From: the human T2T-CHM13v2.0 reference genome, Homo sapiens
Length of the DNA: 64,000 nucleotides
NCBI RefSeq assembly: GCF_009914755.1
Contig: NC_060925.1
Direction: 5' to 3' (one strand)
Program-made: the position numbers and the translations under genes
The notes under the pieces: model-generated
Database searches by the model: none
What the model saw: the letters and a program-made list of their open reading frames with translations, nothing else
What the model was told of the DNA's origin: nothing
Shown: in pieces, positions 13,067 through 26,689 of the stretch
Position numbering within the stretch: the first letter of the stretch is position 1
Layout of the letters: each line of letters starts with the position of its first letter

Positions 13067-15470
13067 AGGAGAAGAATTTTTAAATGAACTATCATTTATA
13101 TTACAAAATACTTACACAATAATTTTTTTAAATGAGGTAGCCGTGTTTACATTCACAGGGAAAGATCAGCAAGATATATTGTTCAGTTAAAAAAAAAGTG
13201 TTGCTGAAAAACACCTACACTCTTGCATGTGTTTAAGATGGATGGAGGAGAAGAGAAAAAGAGATCCTGAAAGGATATATAACAAAACTAAGATAATATG
13301 CCTCTAGAGCAGTAAATGGTATTACTGGGAGTAATTAATGATTTTTTAACTTCTATAGGGTTTGAATTGCTTGCAATGAGAATGTATTCATGCATCATTT
13401 TGTGCAATCTTACTATTTAATATTTAAAAAGAAGATCTAAAACTAGCCTCACATTCTCACAAGACCCACCCCCAAAGCAAGCAAGCAACATAGCTAAGAG
13501 ACACCAAAAGTGGCTCTCTTGTTCTTGATCTTGAACTTGTTCTTGTTCTTCAGGGTTCTTACAAGAATATACTGTGGAATAAACATCTGCAGTGACCCTG
13601 AAGAAGGACTCTAATGGGCAACATCTTATGTTCTAAAGTTTGATAAGTTGGGAGGAGAAGAAAGTAGGAACAGACTGAAGATTAAAGACTGTGCAATGAG
13701 GTAATCTTTGCTAGTCTAGAATGTAGCCTCTTCAAAGAATTTCGGGGAGCCACTGACTTGTGGGAAAGTCCACCCTTCACTCTGGGGCAAAAATCATTTG
13801 AAGTTCCTTTTAGTTTTTTGATGTATTTTAGGCCCTCCCATTGAACTTGGAAAACATATTGAAATAATCAAATGTACAATGTTTCAGCTGAGCAGGTTAT
13901 ATTCTGTTAAGTGATATAAACTGCATGTGCCATTTAGCATATCTTTATCTCTGCAGATTGTATCTAATAGGCAAATTTATTTTCCCTGTGTGAAAGTTTC
14001 TTGCTGATTCTTGGAAGGTTTGTGTGTTATTATTCATGTCCTTACTCACCGAAGAGGTGAGTGGTAGGATGGCTAGAAAAGATGTTCAGACATAACATTT
14101 CATCACCGGAGAAAAGAGTGGGAAAAAGACTTGGCCAGACTGTTGCCTGTTCTGGACTGTAATTGTCCCATATGTGATGTTATTTAAGAAAAATAACCCA
14201 GATGGTGTCATAGGTACTGTCTACCATGTTTTATTGCCTTTGGGAAGTCTAAGGGTAAAACGCCACCTCCTTGAATAGGAATAAATTTCAGCTTTCCAAG
14301 AGAAATAAGCAGTCACACTGTTATCCTCATAAACAGGCAAGCTTTCACAAATAGTAAAACTTGGAACCTCACCTGAGGAGAGTAGAAAACTGTTCCATAT
14401 ATAGCCCTGTCTTCTAGAAGCTGAAGCACTAGATTTAAAAAGAGAGTTGGGTTCAAAGGGTCTCCCACTGAGTCAGGGAGGGAAAGGAAGTTCCCCCTTC
14501 AGTGTGAGTTCGGGGGCCTCAATATAGTAAAGGAACCCAGATCCAAGCAAAGACCAGCTCATATCCAACAGTGTGTGCCCATGAACTCTAAATCTGTATT
14601 TATCTGAGGTCTATTTACCTTCCCTGTATGTTCTTTACCTAATTTTCTTATTCTCAAAGTTTGAGAGGTTGAAACTAGGCACTTAGAATAAAGTTTAGGG
14701 CAATGGCTGTAAGTTTGCTTTTTTGGATTGTTGTCATTGTTGTTACTTGAGAGTTCCCTAAAAGAATTTAGACAAACCTATGAACTCTATCATATATTTT
14801 AACATTTTTATGTCTTTATTATTTTATTAACATACAATATAGGTACATACTTTCAAAGCACATGTGATAATTTGGTATTCTCATATAATGCGTAATGATC
14901 AAATCAGGTTAACTAGTATATCCATCACCTTAAATATTTATCTTTTCTTTCTGCTAGGAATATTCTTATTATTCTCTACTAGCAATTTGAAATGCTCAAT
15001 ATTTGAAATGTTCCATCTATGCTCAACAGATTGTTAACTATAGTCACCCTACTGACCCATGGAACTTATTTCTTTTATCTTGTTTCTTCTAACTTTATAT
15101 TTGTACCCATTAATCAACTTCTCTTCACCCCTCCTGCCTCCTACTCTTCCTGGCCTCTGGTAACTATAAAACTACTCTCTATTTTCATGAGATTCAGTTT
15201 TTTGGCTCCTACATGTAAATGAGAACATGTAACATTTGTCTTTCTGTGCTTGGCATACTTCACATAATGACGTCTGGTTCCCATCCATCCATGCTGCTGC
15301 AAATGACAGGATTTCCTTCTTTTTTGTGACTGAATAATATTCCATTGTGTAAATAGACCACACCTTCTTTGTCCATTCATCCACTGATTGACACTTGGAT
15401 TGATTCCATATTTGGCCATTGTGAATAGTTCTGCAATAAAAGTGGGAGTGCAGATATATCTTTGATATAC

Positions 15471-15839
15471 TGATATGGTTTTGTCCTGTGTTCCCATGCA
15501 AATCTCATCTCAAATTGTAATCTCCACATGTCGAGGAGTGCCAGGAGGGGAACCGGTGGGAGGTGATTGGATCATGGGGATGGTTTCCCCTATGATGTTC
15601 TCATAATAGTGAGTGAGTTCTCACAAGAGCTGATGGTTTTAAAAGTGTCTAACAGTTCCCCCTTCACTCACTCTCTCTCTTGCCGCCATGAGAAGATGTG
15701 CCTTGCTTCGCCTTCATCTTCAACCATGATTGTAAGTTTCCCAGCCATGTGGAACTGTGACTTAATTAAACCTGTTTTATTTATAAATTACCCAATCTCA
15801 GGTGGTAGCTTTATAGCAGTGTGAAAACGGATTAATACA
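15471..15839 (+). mobile_element. MSTA/THE1-type MaLR LTR nested in L1
   Basis: TGATATGGTT...ATTAATACA termini; 5-bp TSD TATAC/TATAT. Confidence 0.92.
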
Positions 15840-18013
15840 TATATTGATTTCCTTTCTTTGGGGTCTATACTCATTAGCAGGACTGCTAAATCACCTGGTT
15901 GTTCAAATATTTTCGAATTTGTTTTGCTAGTATTTTGTTGAGAATTTTTGCATTTATTTGCATTAGTGATACTGGCCTGCAGTTTTCTTTTCTTTGTGTG
16001 TGTGTGTGTGTGTGTGTGTCCTTGTCTGGTTTTGATATCAGGGTAATACTGGCCTCATAAAATGAGCTTAGAAAAATTCCATCTTCTTCAATTTTTTTAA
16101 AAGTTTGAGTATAATTGGTATTAGTTCTTTAAGTGTTTGTTAGAATTCAGCAGGAAAGCCATCCACTCTTTGGCTTTTCTTTGATGAGAGACTTTTTATT
16201 ATGGCTTCAATCTCATTACTTGTTATTGGTTTCTTGAAGTTTTCTATTCCTTCATAGATTAATCTTGGTAGGTTGTAATGTGTCTCAGAATTTCTCCATT
16301 TCTAGGTTTTCCAATTTGTTGGTGTGTAATTGTTAACTATAGTCTCTAATGATTCTTTGCATTTCTGTAATCTCAGTGGTTTTTTTCTTTTTCATTTCTG
16401 ATTTAATTTATATAGATCTTTTTTTCTTGGTTGGTCTAGCTAACAATTTGTGGATTTCATTTATCTGTTCAAAAATCTAACATTTTGTTTTAATGATCTT
16501 CTGTATTGTTTTTTAGTCTCAATTTTATTTACTTCTACTCGGATGTTTATTATTTCTCTGCTTCTACTAATTTTGGGTTCTGTTAGTTCTTGCTTTTCTA
16601 ATTCCTTGGGGTTCATTATTGGGTTGTTTATGTGAAGTCTTTATACTTTTTTGATGTAGACATTTATTGCTATAAACTTCACTCTTAGTACTGCTTTTGC
16701 TGTGTCCCATAGATTTTGGTGTGTTGTATTGCCATTCTCATTTGTTTTAATAAATGTCTTAAATTTTTTCTGAATTTCTTCATTGACTTTTTCTTCATTG
16801 TTCAGGAGCATGTTGCTTAATTACCATGTGTTTGTGTATTTTCTGAGGTTCCTCTTGATATTGATTTCTAGTTTTATTCCATTGTGGTCAGAAAGGTACC
16901 TGATGTCATTTCTACCTTTCTGAATTGGTTGAGTCTTGTTTTGTGGACTTAGATATAGTTTATTCTGGAAAATGTTCCATGTGCTGAGGGGAAAAAAAGT
17001 GTACTCTGCAGTTATTGGATGAAATGTTCTGTAAATGTCAGTTAGGCCTATTTGGTCCAGTGTGTAGTTTAACTCTGATTTTTTTTTATTGATTTTCTGT
17101 CGGGAATATCTGTCCATTGCTGAAAGTGGGTTGTTGAAGTCCCCTACTAATATTGTATTGCAGTCTGCCTCTCCCTTTAGATCTATTAATGTTTGCTCTA
17201 TACGTCTGGGTGCTTCACCATTGGGTACATATATACTTAAAATTGTTATATCCTCTTGCTGAATTGACCCCTTTATCATTATATAGTGACCTTCTTTGTC
17301 TCTTCTTATAGTTTTTGTCTTAAAATCAATTTTTTGTGATGTATAGATAGATAGCAACTCCTGCTCTTTTTTGGTTCCATTAGCATGAAATATCTTTGTC
17401 CATCCCTTCACTTTCAGTCTGTGTGTGTCTTTACAGATAAAGTGAGGTTTTTGTAGGCAGAATATAGTTGGATCATCTTTTCGTATCCATTCACCCACTC
17501 TGTCTTTTAATTGCAGAATTGAGTTTACTTACATTCAGTGTTATTGTTGACAAGTAAGGACTTACTACTGCCATTTTGTTGCTTGTTTTCTGGTTGTTTG
17601 ATCAATTCTCTCTTCCTTTCTTACTGTCTTCCTATGTGGTTAAATGATTTTCTATGGTAGTATGTTTTCATTCATTGCTTTTTATTTTTGGTGAATCTAT
17701 TATATGTTTTTGCATTGTGGTTATTATCAGATTTAACAAAAAAATCTTACAGATATAATAAGTTATTTTAAAGAGATGACAACTTACTTTAGATTACAAA
17801 TACAAGAATAGAAACAGAGGCAAAGAAACACTAAGAAAACATCTAAACTTTAACTCCACTCCCATTACATTTTGACTTTTAGTCACCTCAATTTACATAT
17901 TTTATATTACCTATCATTTAGCAGGTTGCTATAGCTATTATTGTTTTTGATCAATTTTTCTTCATACTAGAGTTATGAGTGGATTGCACACTATCATTGC
18001 AGTAATAGAGTAT

Positions 18014-18530
18014 TGTATTAGTTAGGCTTCTCTAAAGGGACGAAACTAATAGGATAGAGATATATAAAGGGTGAGTTTATTAAGGAGTATTGACTCACAC
18101 AATCACAAGGTGAGGTCCCACAGTAGGCCATCTGCAAGCTAAGGAGCAAGGAAGCCAGTCCCAGTCACAAAACCTCAAAAGTAGGGAAGCTGACAGTGCA
18201 GCCTTCAATCTGTAGTTGAAGGTCCCAGAGTCTCAAAGCTGAAGAACTTGGAGCCCGATGTTCGAGGACAGGAAGCATCCAGCATGGGAGAAAGATGTAG
18301 CCTGGGAGAATAAGCCACTCTTGACTTTTCACATTCTTCTGCTTCTTTTTATTCTGGCCAGGCTGACAGCTGATTAGATTGTGACCACCCAGATTGAGGG
18401 TGGGTCTGCCTTTCCCAGTCCACTGACTCAAATGTTAATCTCCTTTGGCAACACCCTCACAGACACACCCAGGAATAATACTTCGCATTCTTCAATCCAA
18501 TCAAACTGACACTCAATATTAACCATCACA
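18014..18530 (-). mobile_element. MLT2 (ERVL) LTR nested in L1
   Basis: TGTATTAGTTAGG...ATTAACCATCACA; perfect 5-bp TSD AGTAT. Confidence 0.92.
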
Positions 18531-20653
18531 AGTATTCTGGGTTTTATGCCTTAAAAAGTTTTCTTTCTGCAAGTTAGTGGGTTTTGTTTTTGTTTGTTTG
18601 TTTTTGTTTTTGTTTCAGATTGATGAACTCCCTTTAACATTTCATGGAAGACAGGTCCGGTGGTGATAAATTCTCTCAGCTTTTGTCTGGGGGAGACTTT
18701 ATCTCTCCTTTATATTTGAAGGATAATTTTGCTAGATAAAGTATTCTTAAATGGTGGTTTTCTTCTTCAGCACTTTGAAAATGTTGTTTCACTTCCTTCT
18801 GGCCTGTTTCCTGTTGAGAAGTCTGTTGCTAGACAAATTGGACTTCTTTTTTTGTTGTTGTTGTTATTTGTTTCTTTTTTCTTGCTGCTTTTAGGGACTT
18901 CTCTTTCTCCTTGACCTTTGAGAGTTTGATTACTATATGCCTTGTGTTAGTCTTATTTAAGTCAAATCGGTTTGGCATTCTCTGATCTTCCTGTATCTGT
19001 ATATTTATATCTTTCTCAAGTGTTGGGAAGTTTTCTATTATTATTTTTTGAGCAAGATTTCTACCCCTTGCTCTTGCTCAACTCCCTCTTGAACACTAAT
19101 AATTCTTATATTTGGTCTTTTCTGTATCTTGTAGTCAATCTTTATTCTTTTTCATTTTTTTTTCTTTTTTCTCCTCTAACTGTGAATTTTCAAATAGCCT
19201 GTCTTCAATCTTGGTGATTATTTCCTCTGCTTGATCCATTTCGCTATTGAGAGTCTCTAATAAATTTTTCAGTTCAGCAAATGTATTTCTCGCTTCTAGG
19301 ACTTCAGTTTGATGTTTTTAAATTATTTTAACCTCTTTGTTAAATTTCTAGATAAATTCCTGAATTCCTTTTCTGTGTTATCTTAGAGATCACTGCGTTT
19401 TCTTAAAATCACTATTTTGAATTTTTGAGAAAGCTCACATGTCACTGTCTCATTAAGATCAGTCACTGGTTCCTTGCCTCATCCATTTGAGGAAGTCATG
19501 GTTCCCTGTTTGCTGTTGTTTCTCATTGATGTACATCTGTGTCTTTGCATTGAATGATTGGTTGATTATTCTAGTCTGTTTAGTTTGTTTTGTCTTTATT
19601 GGATATGTTTGCTTAGAGATTTTTTGGAATTTACTCGTTAGATTTCTTTTTTATTTTTCCTGTCAGGTCACTGCCTCCATTTAGCACTAGATGGTCCCTT
19701 AATCCCAGCTTTGCCTTAGTTCTAGTAACTGATCAGAGCTTTACCCATCCTGTATGGGAAAGATCTCAAAGAAGACATTTCAGCAGTTTGAGAAGCGCTG
19801 GCTAAGGGCTCATGACTGGCAGACCCATGGAATGTACTTCCTACTGCATGGTGCTGCTGAACAGCCACTCTGATTTGGTGTCTCCTTTGGTAGAATTACA
19901 GAATAAAGTTACCAGGACATGGGATGGTCATCCTACCTCACCCCTTTGTCCCTGACTGTCCTCAGAGCTACTTCTCCCTTCAGGGACTCCCAATAATTCC
20001 TTTGAGCTGAGGCAAGGACAGGTCTTTTGCCAGGGAACTCAGGTGGGGAAGGTAATTGTCTACCTTGATCTCACTTATTTTCAGTGTAATAACTGAGTCA
20101 GAGGAATTTTCTACACACTTGGTATCATGCAGATTGTGGGAACTTGCACCAAAGATATGGAAGTCTGATTCTCTTACCATCTTCTCAAAGTTTTTTCTCT
20201 TCTCTGTGGCCCTGGGAACTGTCTCATTCTCATCTTTGAGTTCTCGGATATTGTTGGTAATAATCTCAGCACTATGTATTTGGTGTTTTAGTGTTCTTTG
20301 CGGGTGGGGTATAGTGAAGCCTACTTGCTTCTACACTGACATTTTGGTTCCAGAAATCTACAGGAACTTCTCATACAAATCTGGCAATTAAAAGTTTTCA
20401 TGATAAATTTAAAAATAATTTCAAAGAATATAACTAACACGTTTTAAATATTGACATTTTCAGATAAAATATTACATTATTTTTTAAATATATTACATAG
20501 AATATTGAAATTTTATATTCTTCATCAATTTGAAAATATATAAACAAGCTCTTCAACAGTCAAAATTTTACATCATTTCTTTTCTTCTTTGAACTCATAT
20601 TTCCATTCCGCTTCCCCCATAGAATTTTGTCATGATGTAAATTGTATGCCCTA

Positions 20654-20984
<331 letters not shown>

Positions 20985-22253
20985 TCACCTTATCCTAATT
21001 CTCTGCAAAATAAATAAATAAATAAAAATACATTTTTATTTTATTTCCAGGAGCTATAAGGATCTAAATGCTAAAGCATTTTTTCTGGATTAACTTATTA
21101 TTCTAATTTTTATTTGTATGTGATAAAAAGTATATTTTGTCAGGAAATATATTTCCAAATGAGATAGATGTGGTTTTTTAAAATATATAATTAACATATA
21201 CATGGATGAACATTTTTTATTGCTAGAGTGAGATAGGATTTATCATCAATTTTATTCCTTTTTTAATGTAAGCCCTGAGACAACTGCTTATATATATAAG
21301 TAAATGCAAATGCAGGAAGCTTTACTGTAGTAATGTCTTTCACTTTCTTTTAATTCTTTACAAGTTATAGACAAAACAAAAACAGTAATCAATCAACAAA
21401 AAAAAATTTAAATCCTCTATCCACTGACAACTCCATAAAATCTTCCTGTAGTTTTAATGAAAGCAAAGAATTGGAACCACCTGAGTTGCAAAAGGATTTG
21501 TTACCAATCATCATACTTGTTTCCTTTCTCAACACCAGCTCCAGTATTTTGAATTACCCCTTTGGCTGGCCCATAGATGCTTTTCCTGTTACTCCTTAGC
21601 ATGCCTTCAGGTACCTCCAGGGAAATGTACACCCTAGTTTGAGATCATCTGGGATAGGTGAGAGCAGTAACACCCTGAGGAAATTGGTCTCAAGATAGAT
21701 AAATACTATTTGCAGAATGGCTGACAGTACCTGAGGGACAAATGACTAGCTGAGGTAGCAGTGAGATTCAGGGCATATTTGTGGAACTATTTAACATTCC
21801 ATGAAGACTCCCAGAAATATTAGGTGATAAAGAAAGAATTTCTTGAAGTCACTGTGATGGGATCCCACGGTGTTTTGAGCATGTAAATAAAGTAGCATTT
21901 AATTTTAACTAACAGAGAAAATACAGCTGTTTTTCTTTATTCTCTCATGAATCACTCAAAAACAACAAGAAAAGAACAAAAAGACAAACATCATCCTCAA
22001 TAAAACCATGAAATATCTGTCTCTGATCCTCATATGAGAAGTGGAGTGGCCATATGCAACGAAGATTTTTTTAAAAAACATTTGAAGCGATTTATTCTGA
22101 CCCAAATATGAGTGACCATGGCCCGTAACACAGCCCTCAGGTGGTCCTGAGAACATGTGCACAAGGTGGTCGGGGTACAGCTTGGTTTTATATATTTTAC
22201 AGAGGCATGAGACATCAATCAAATACATTTAAGAAATACATTGGTTTGGTTCA

Positions 22254-22679
<426 letters not shown>

Positions 22680-24233
22680 TTAGGTTAAGCTAAAGGATTG
22701 TGGAGACCAAGTTTTATTGTGCAGAGGAATCTCTCAGCTGACTTCAGAGAGAGAGCAGGTTTTAAAATGTTTCCTATAAGACCTAAAAGGGTGCCTGGTT
22801 CTTAGTTGATTATCTACTGGATCTGCAAAGAAAGGAAGGAAAACAAAGGGGGAAGGGGATTCTCTATAGAATGTGGATTTTTCCCACAGGAGACTTTGCA
22901 GGGCAACTTCAAGGTATGGCAAGGAAATATATTTTGGGTTTAAATATTTTTTCCTTGTCTCGTAATGTTATGCCACAGTCAGACTGAAAAGTAAGTCACG
23001 ACATATAGGGTCAAATAAAACCCATCTGATGACGATTTATGGTTTGTAAGGCATGACTCCCTAGACCCCTTAGGTAGGAATTTGGGCAAGATAAAAAATC
23101 AGAGCTTAGTCCTCAGTCCCTGCTCTTGGCCAAAAAGGATTCCACAGAATGTACATGCAGGCCCACAGCAGCGGGTCCCATGGCACTAGGAAGGGTTATT
23201 CCTAAAGTTGTCTGATCTGGTCATTTAGTGAGGTCCCACAATGCTAGGAAGGCTCATTCCTAGAGTAGTCTGGTTGATGGTCATAGTTTTGAATATTAGC
23301 AATTTGGATAATGGGGGGAAGACATGGTTTGATCTGATGTAATAGCCAATTGTTTAAGGGGTGAGATGGAGTCAGGTCTAGGGTTTAGTCTAAAAAAACA
23401 CATCCCAGATTAGATCCATTTTCTGAGCTATCATGATCTGGGTCTTTAATTGTGCCTTTCCTTCTGTTGTATCTGGCATAACATTTACAGGAAATATATA
23501 ATGCTAATACAGTGACAAATACCATAAAGATAGCAAGGATTAGGCATCCAAGGAGGTTATAGGTAGAGTCAAAGGGCTGTAAACAACCTAACAAGCCAAA
23601 AAATCACTGCATGCATCATCATACACTCTGATCAGACTCCCAGTGTATTTACCCTCCTCATCGAGGGTTATTTGAACCTTGTGATAAATCTTACTTGAGA
23701 ATTGTAGGACCGACATTAAATTAGAATTTAATAAATTTAATCTCTTTTCCAGCCAATGTATCTCTATTGGCATAGCATCCTGAGGAGGGTATAAATTAAA
23801 TGCAAGAAATGCCTGGTCCTCGGTGTCTAAATTGTTATAGACTTCTTAACAGTAGACAAATCTATTTTTCCCCCACTTTTGTATTGCACCATATACTAGT
23901 ATTTGGAAGAAAAAAGGTTTGGTCACAGGATAAGTCATATAATTCTTCAGTGTCATTTTTCCCTCGGCAGGATCCCTATGGCTGAGGGCCTGAAGAGTCA
24001 AAAGATTTATAGCCAATTAATCGGTCTAGGCCAGATAGGAATGGATGTGGACAGGCATTTGTTACCTCTTAAAATTACTATTTTAAGTAAAAAACCAACA
24101 GAAAAACCAAAAGGAAAAGTTATAAGATTGACTTATTTTTAATTTCAAGCTCAGCTGCTGTGAGCTTGGTTTTTGTTACAGACTTATAGCCATTAGCTAT
24201 ATAAAACATAAGCATTGTTCTGAAAAATTAAAA

Positions 24234-24245
24234 AGATAGACAGAC

Positions 24246-24288
<43 letters not shown>
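24234..24288. repeat. (GACA)n(GATA)n tetranucleotide STR
   Basis: Directly visible. Confidence 0.95.
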
Positions 24289-24289
<1 letters not shown>

Positions 24290-25649
24290 TTATCTTCACA
24301 GCTCTTAATTGTGAGTACTATATCCAGGAGGCTTTTTTACAAGGTATTTTATCCTGTTAGTAAATATTTTCCTTTAATTTTATAGTAAGCAGAAAATTTT
24401 TATGGTTGGGGTGAATGCAAAACTGACACATTAATAGTTTAGAAGGCAACTAAACTTGTTTTACCAGCTGTTTGGGCATTCTTTTGTACCCCCTTCTTGA
24501 TTTGGAGGGTTTGATCTTGTCCTAATTTTATCCCTCAAAACCGGCCCTTCCAATCTTATGTACCCAGCTCTTTTGCAATAGTGCCTGGGCCTAGAGGGAG
24601 GTAGCTTGTTTAGTTTTAGCAACAGAGGATTAGCAGTGAAACAGGTCTGAGCCCAGTGGGATGCCAAATGAGGGAGATTCATGTCTCTGGTCTTCAGAGT
24701 ACCATGATTTTTGTTTCCTTGGAAGTAAAACAAAAACAGATAAATAATATTCATAATTTGACAATTTTAAGAGTAACTTGTAAGTCAGAACAGAAAAAGG
24801 AATCTATTCCATTTGGGCACCAACTAAAAACATGAAGAAAAATTACAATCTGGTACTTTCTAGAGGATTATTGTAGCCAAGAAATAATGATTTAATCTGC
24901 ACCTAAAAATTTAGGGCTGAAGTCTATTATTAAATGTTATGCTTGCCCTTGAAACAATTTCTTAGCCAGCTTTTTTATTACAGGGAATATTACAGCAAGG
25001 CCAATTTGTGTGCAAGGTTAGTTTTTGGCTTATTATGCTTGCCTGATTATTTGCATAAAATGCAGCAAGAAATTGACTGGCCATATAGACTCCTTTTAAA
25101 GTTGGTTTTGCTGAAACTTTACCTTAAAATAGAGTATTTTAGTTTCAGTCTTGGTAAAATAATCAGTGTTTCCAATTGTTAAAAAAAAAAACTACTATTG
25201 AACTTATGCAGACAACTACATTGCCATAAAATTACAATCTGAATTTTGGAGGATTCAGAAAGGTAAATTTGCTTATAAAAACATACTTTACCCAAATGAC
25301 TTAAAAGGAAAAGATTTTCCTGATCCTCCTTTAACCAGAGCAGCAGCTTTTAAGATAAGATGTTTGTTTACCTTGGAAATGTTATTTACGAACCAAACAG
25401 TTTATGAGAGTTATTAGACACTATAGAATGTAGCAGCTTTTCACAATTAGTCCTAGGAAAAAAGCTCTCTGCTTATTAGATGCCAATATTTTATGGAAAC
25501 CAATTTTATTTCATCATGGAACTTTTTGAAAAACATAGTTTCCATCAGTATAGGGGTAGCTTCAGTTAATATTCCATAGCAATGCAGTAAATGCCCCATC
25601 AAGTGGAAATTCTCTAGCTCAGTTGTTATTGAAAAGTACTCACAGCTTT

Positions 25650-25971
25650 TTTTGTTGTTGTTTTTGTTGTTGTTCTTGCTGTTTTTCTGAGACAGAGTTT
25701 CACTCTTGTTGCCAGGCTGGTGTGCAATAGCACGTGATCTCGGCTCACTGCAACCTCCACCTCTCAGGTTCGAGCGATTCTCCTACCTTCAACTCCTGAG
25801 TAGCTGGAATTACAGGTGCATGCCACCACGTCTGGCTAATTTTTGTATTTTTAGTAGAGACAGGGTTTTGCCATGTTGAGCCGGCTGCTGTCGAACTCCT
25901 GACCTCAGGTGATCTGCCCGCCTCGGCCTCCTAAAATGCTGGGATTACAGGCATGAGTCACCGCGCCCAGC
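25650..25971 (-). mobile_element. AluS inserted in the MER4 internal region
   Basis: TSD AGTACTCACAG; (TTG)n tail. Confidence 0.93.
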
Positions 25972-26689
25972 CAGTACTCACAGTTTTTGCAATCAGCCCC
26001 CATAAATGCTCCACACAAAGGGCTATGCAGTGGAGGATTTACATGAGCAGATTTACATGTCTTCAGTTTTATAGTACTAGAAAGGGGAAAACATCCCCCA
26101 GTTATAGTTCCCATTTTCATAAGGCATTTAGGTAAAAAGGGTTACAACTACCTTACATAAAACTTGTTTAACCATTTTACATTTTATAGTTCTATTATCT
26201 TTTATGTTTTTTATGTTCTGGCCCCAGGAAGCCTTTTTTACCCCCCAGACCGTTTTACCTTTTCTGGTGAAAAAGTTTTGGGTTCCTAGCAGGGAGTTGC
26301 ATCTGTTAGACTTTAGATAATTAGTAAAAGTTACAGGAGCCAAGAAAAGATGAAGGAGAGAGCCATCATTCAAGGCCAGCTCCACCAGAGAAGAAGCTCA
26401 AACTCGGTGGGGCTTCAATGGGCCCTGCTTGTACCTTATCTCTTAGCTCCAGTTTTGGGCAACTCTTTCAGGGTCTTGAGTCTTCTCTGAGGCTCCACGT
26501 GTTTGGGCACCAGATTACCGTCGATGAAAAGAGTCAAACTCTGTAAAGTATTTGAAGAGATGTATTCTGAGCCAAATATGAGTGACCATGGCCGGTGACA
26601 AAGCCCTCAAGGAGGTCCTGAGAACATGTGCCCGTATAGATTTTTTTTAATTGGGGTATGGGGAAGATACCAAGTCAAGATGCATGTGG

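Larger units (their letters stand above)
14810..20355 (-). mobile_element. L1MA-type element retaining both ends, with an internal ORF2 deletion and two nested LTRs
   Basis: 3'UTR at 14810-15470. Endonuclease-domain translation at 16821-17498 (KGWTKIFHANG, GHYIMIKGSIQQEDITI, GDFN, SDHNGIKLEI). ORF1/5' sequence extends to about 20350. Confidence 0.88.

Noticed and set aside
14044-14062. ACTCACC/GGTGAGT inverted repeat
   Set aside because: A 7-bp stem is expected by chance many times in 64 kb.
13957-14250. Plus-strand acceptor followed by TTTATTTTCCCT (FIFP), suggesting a mucosal pentraxin or SAP remnant
   Set aside because: Stops follow the acceptor immediately and no other pentraxin block aligns downstream; a 12-nt match in AT-rich DNA is expected by chance.
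16821-17498. Longest ORF (225 aa) as a functional or domesticated endonuclease gene
   Set aside because: It is the L1 ORF2 endonuclease. The LQETH motif reads LQKPH, and the stretch between YTFF and SDHN is out of frame through compensating indels. It lies within a deleted, LTR-interrupted L1.
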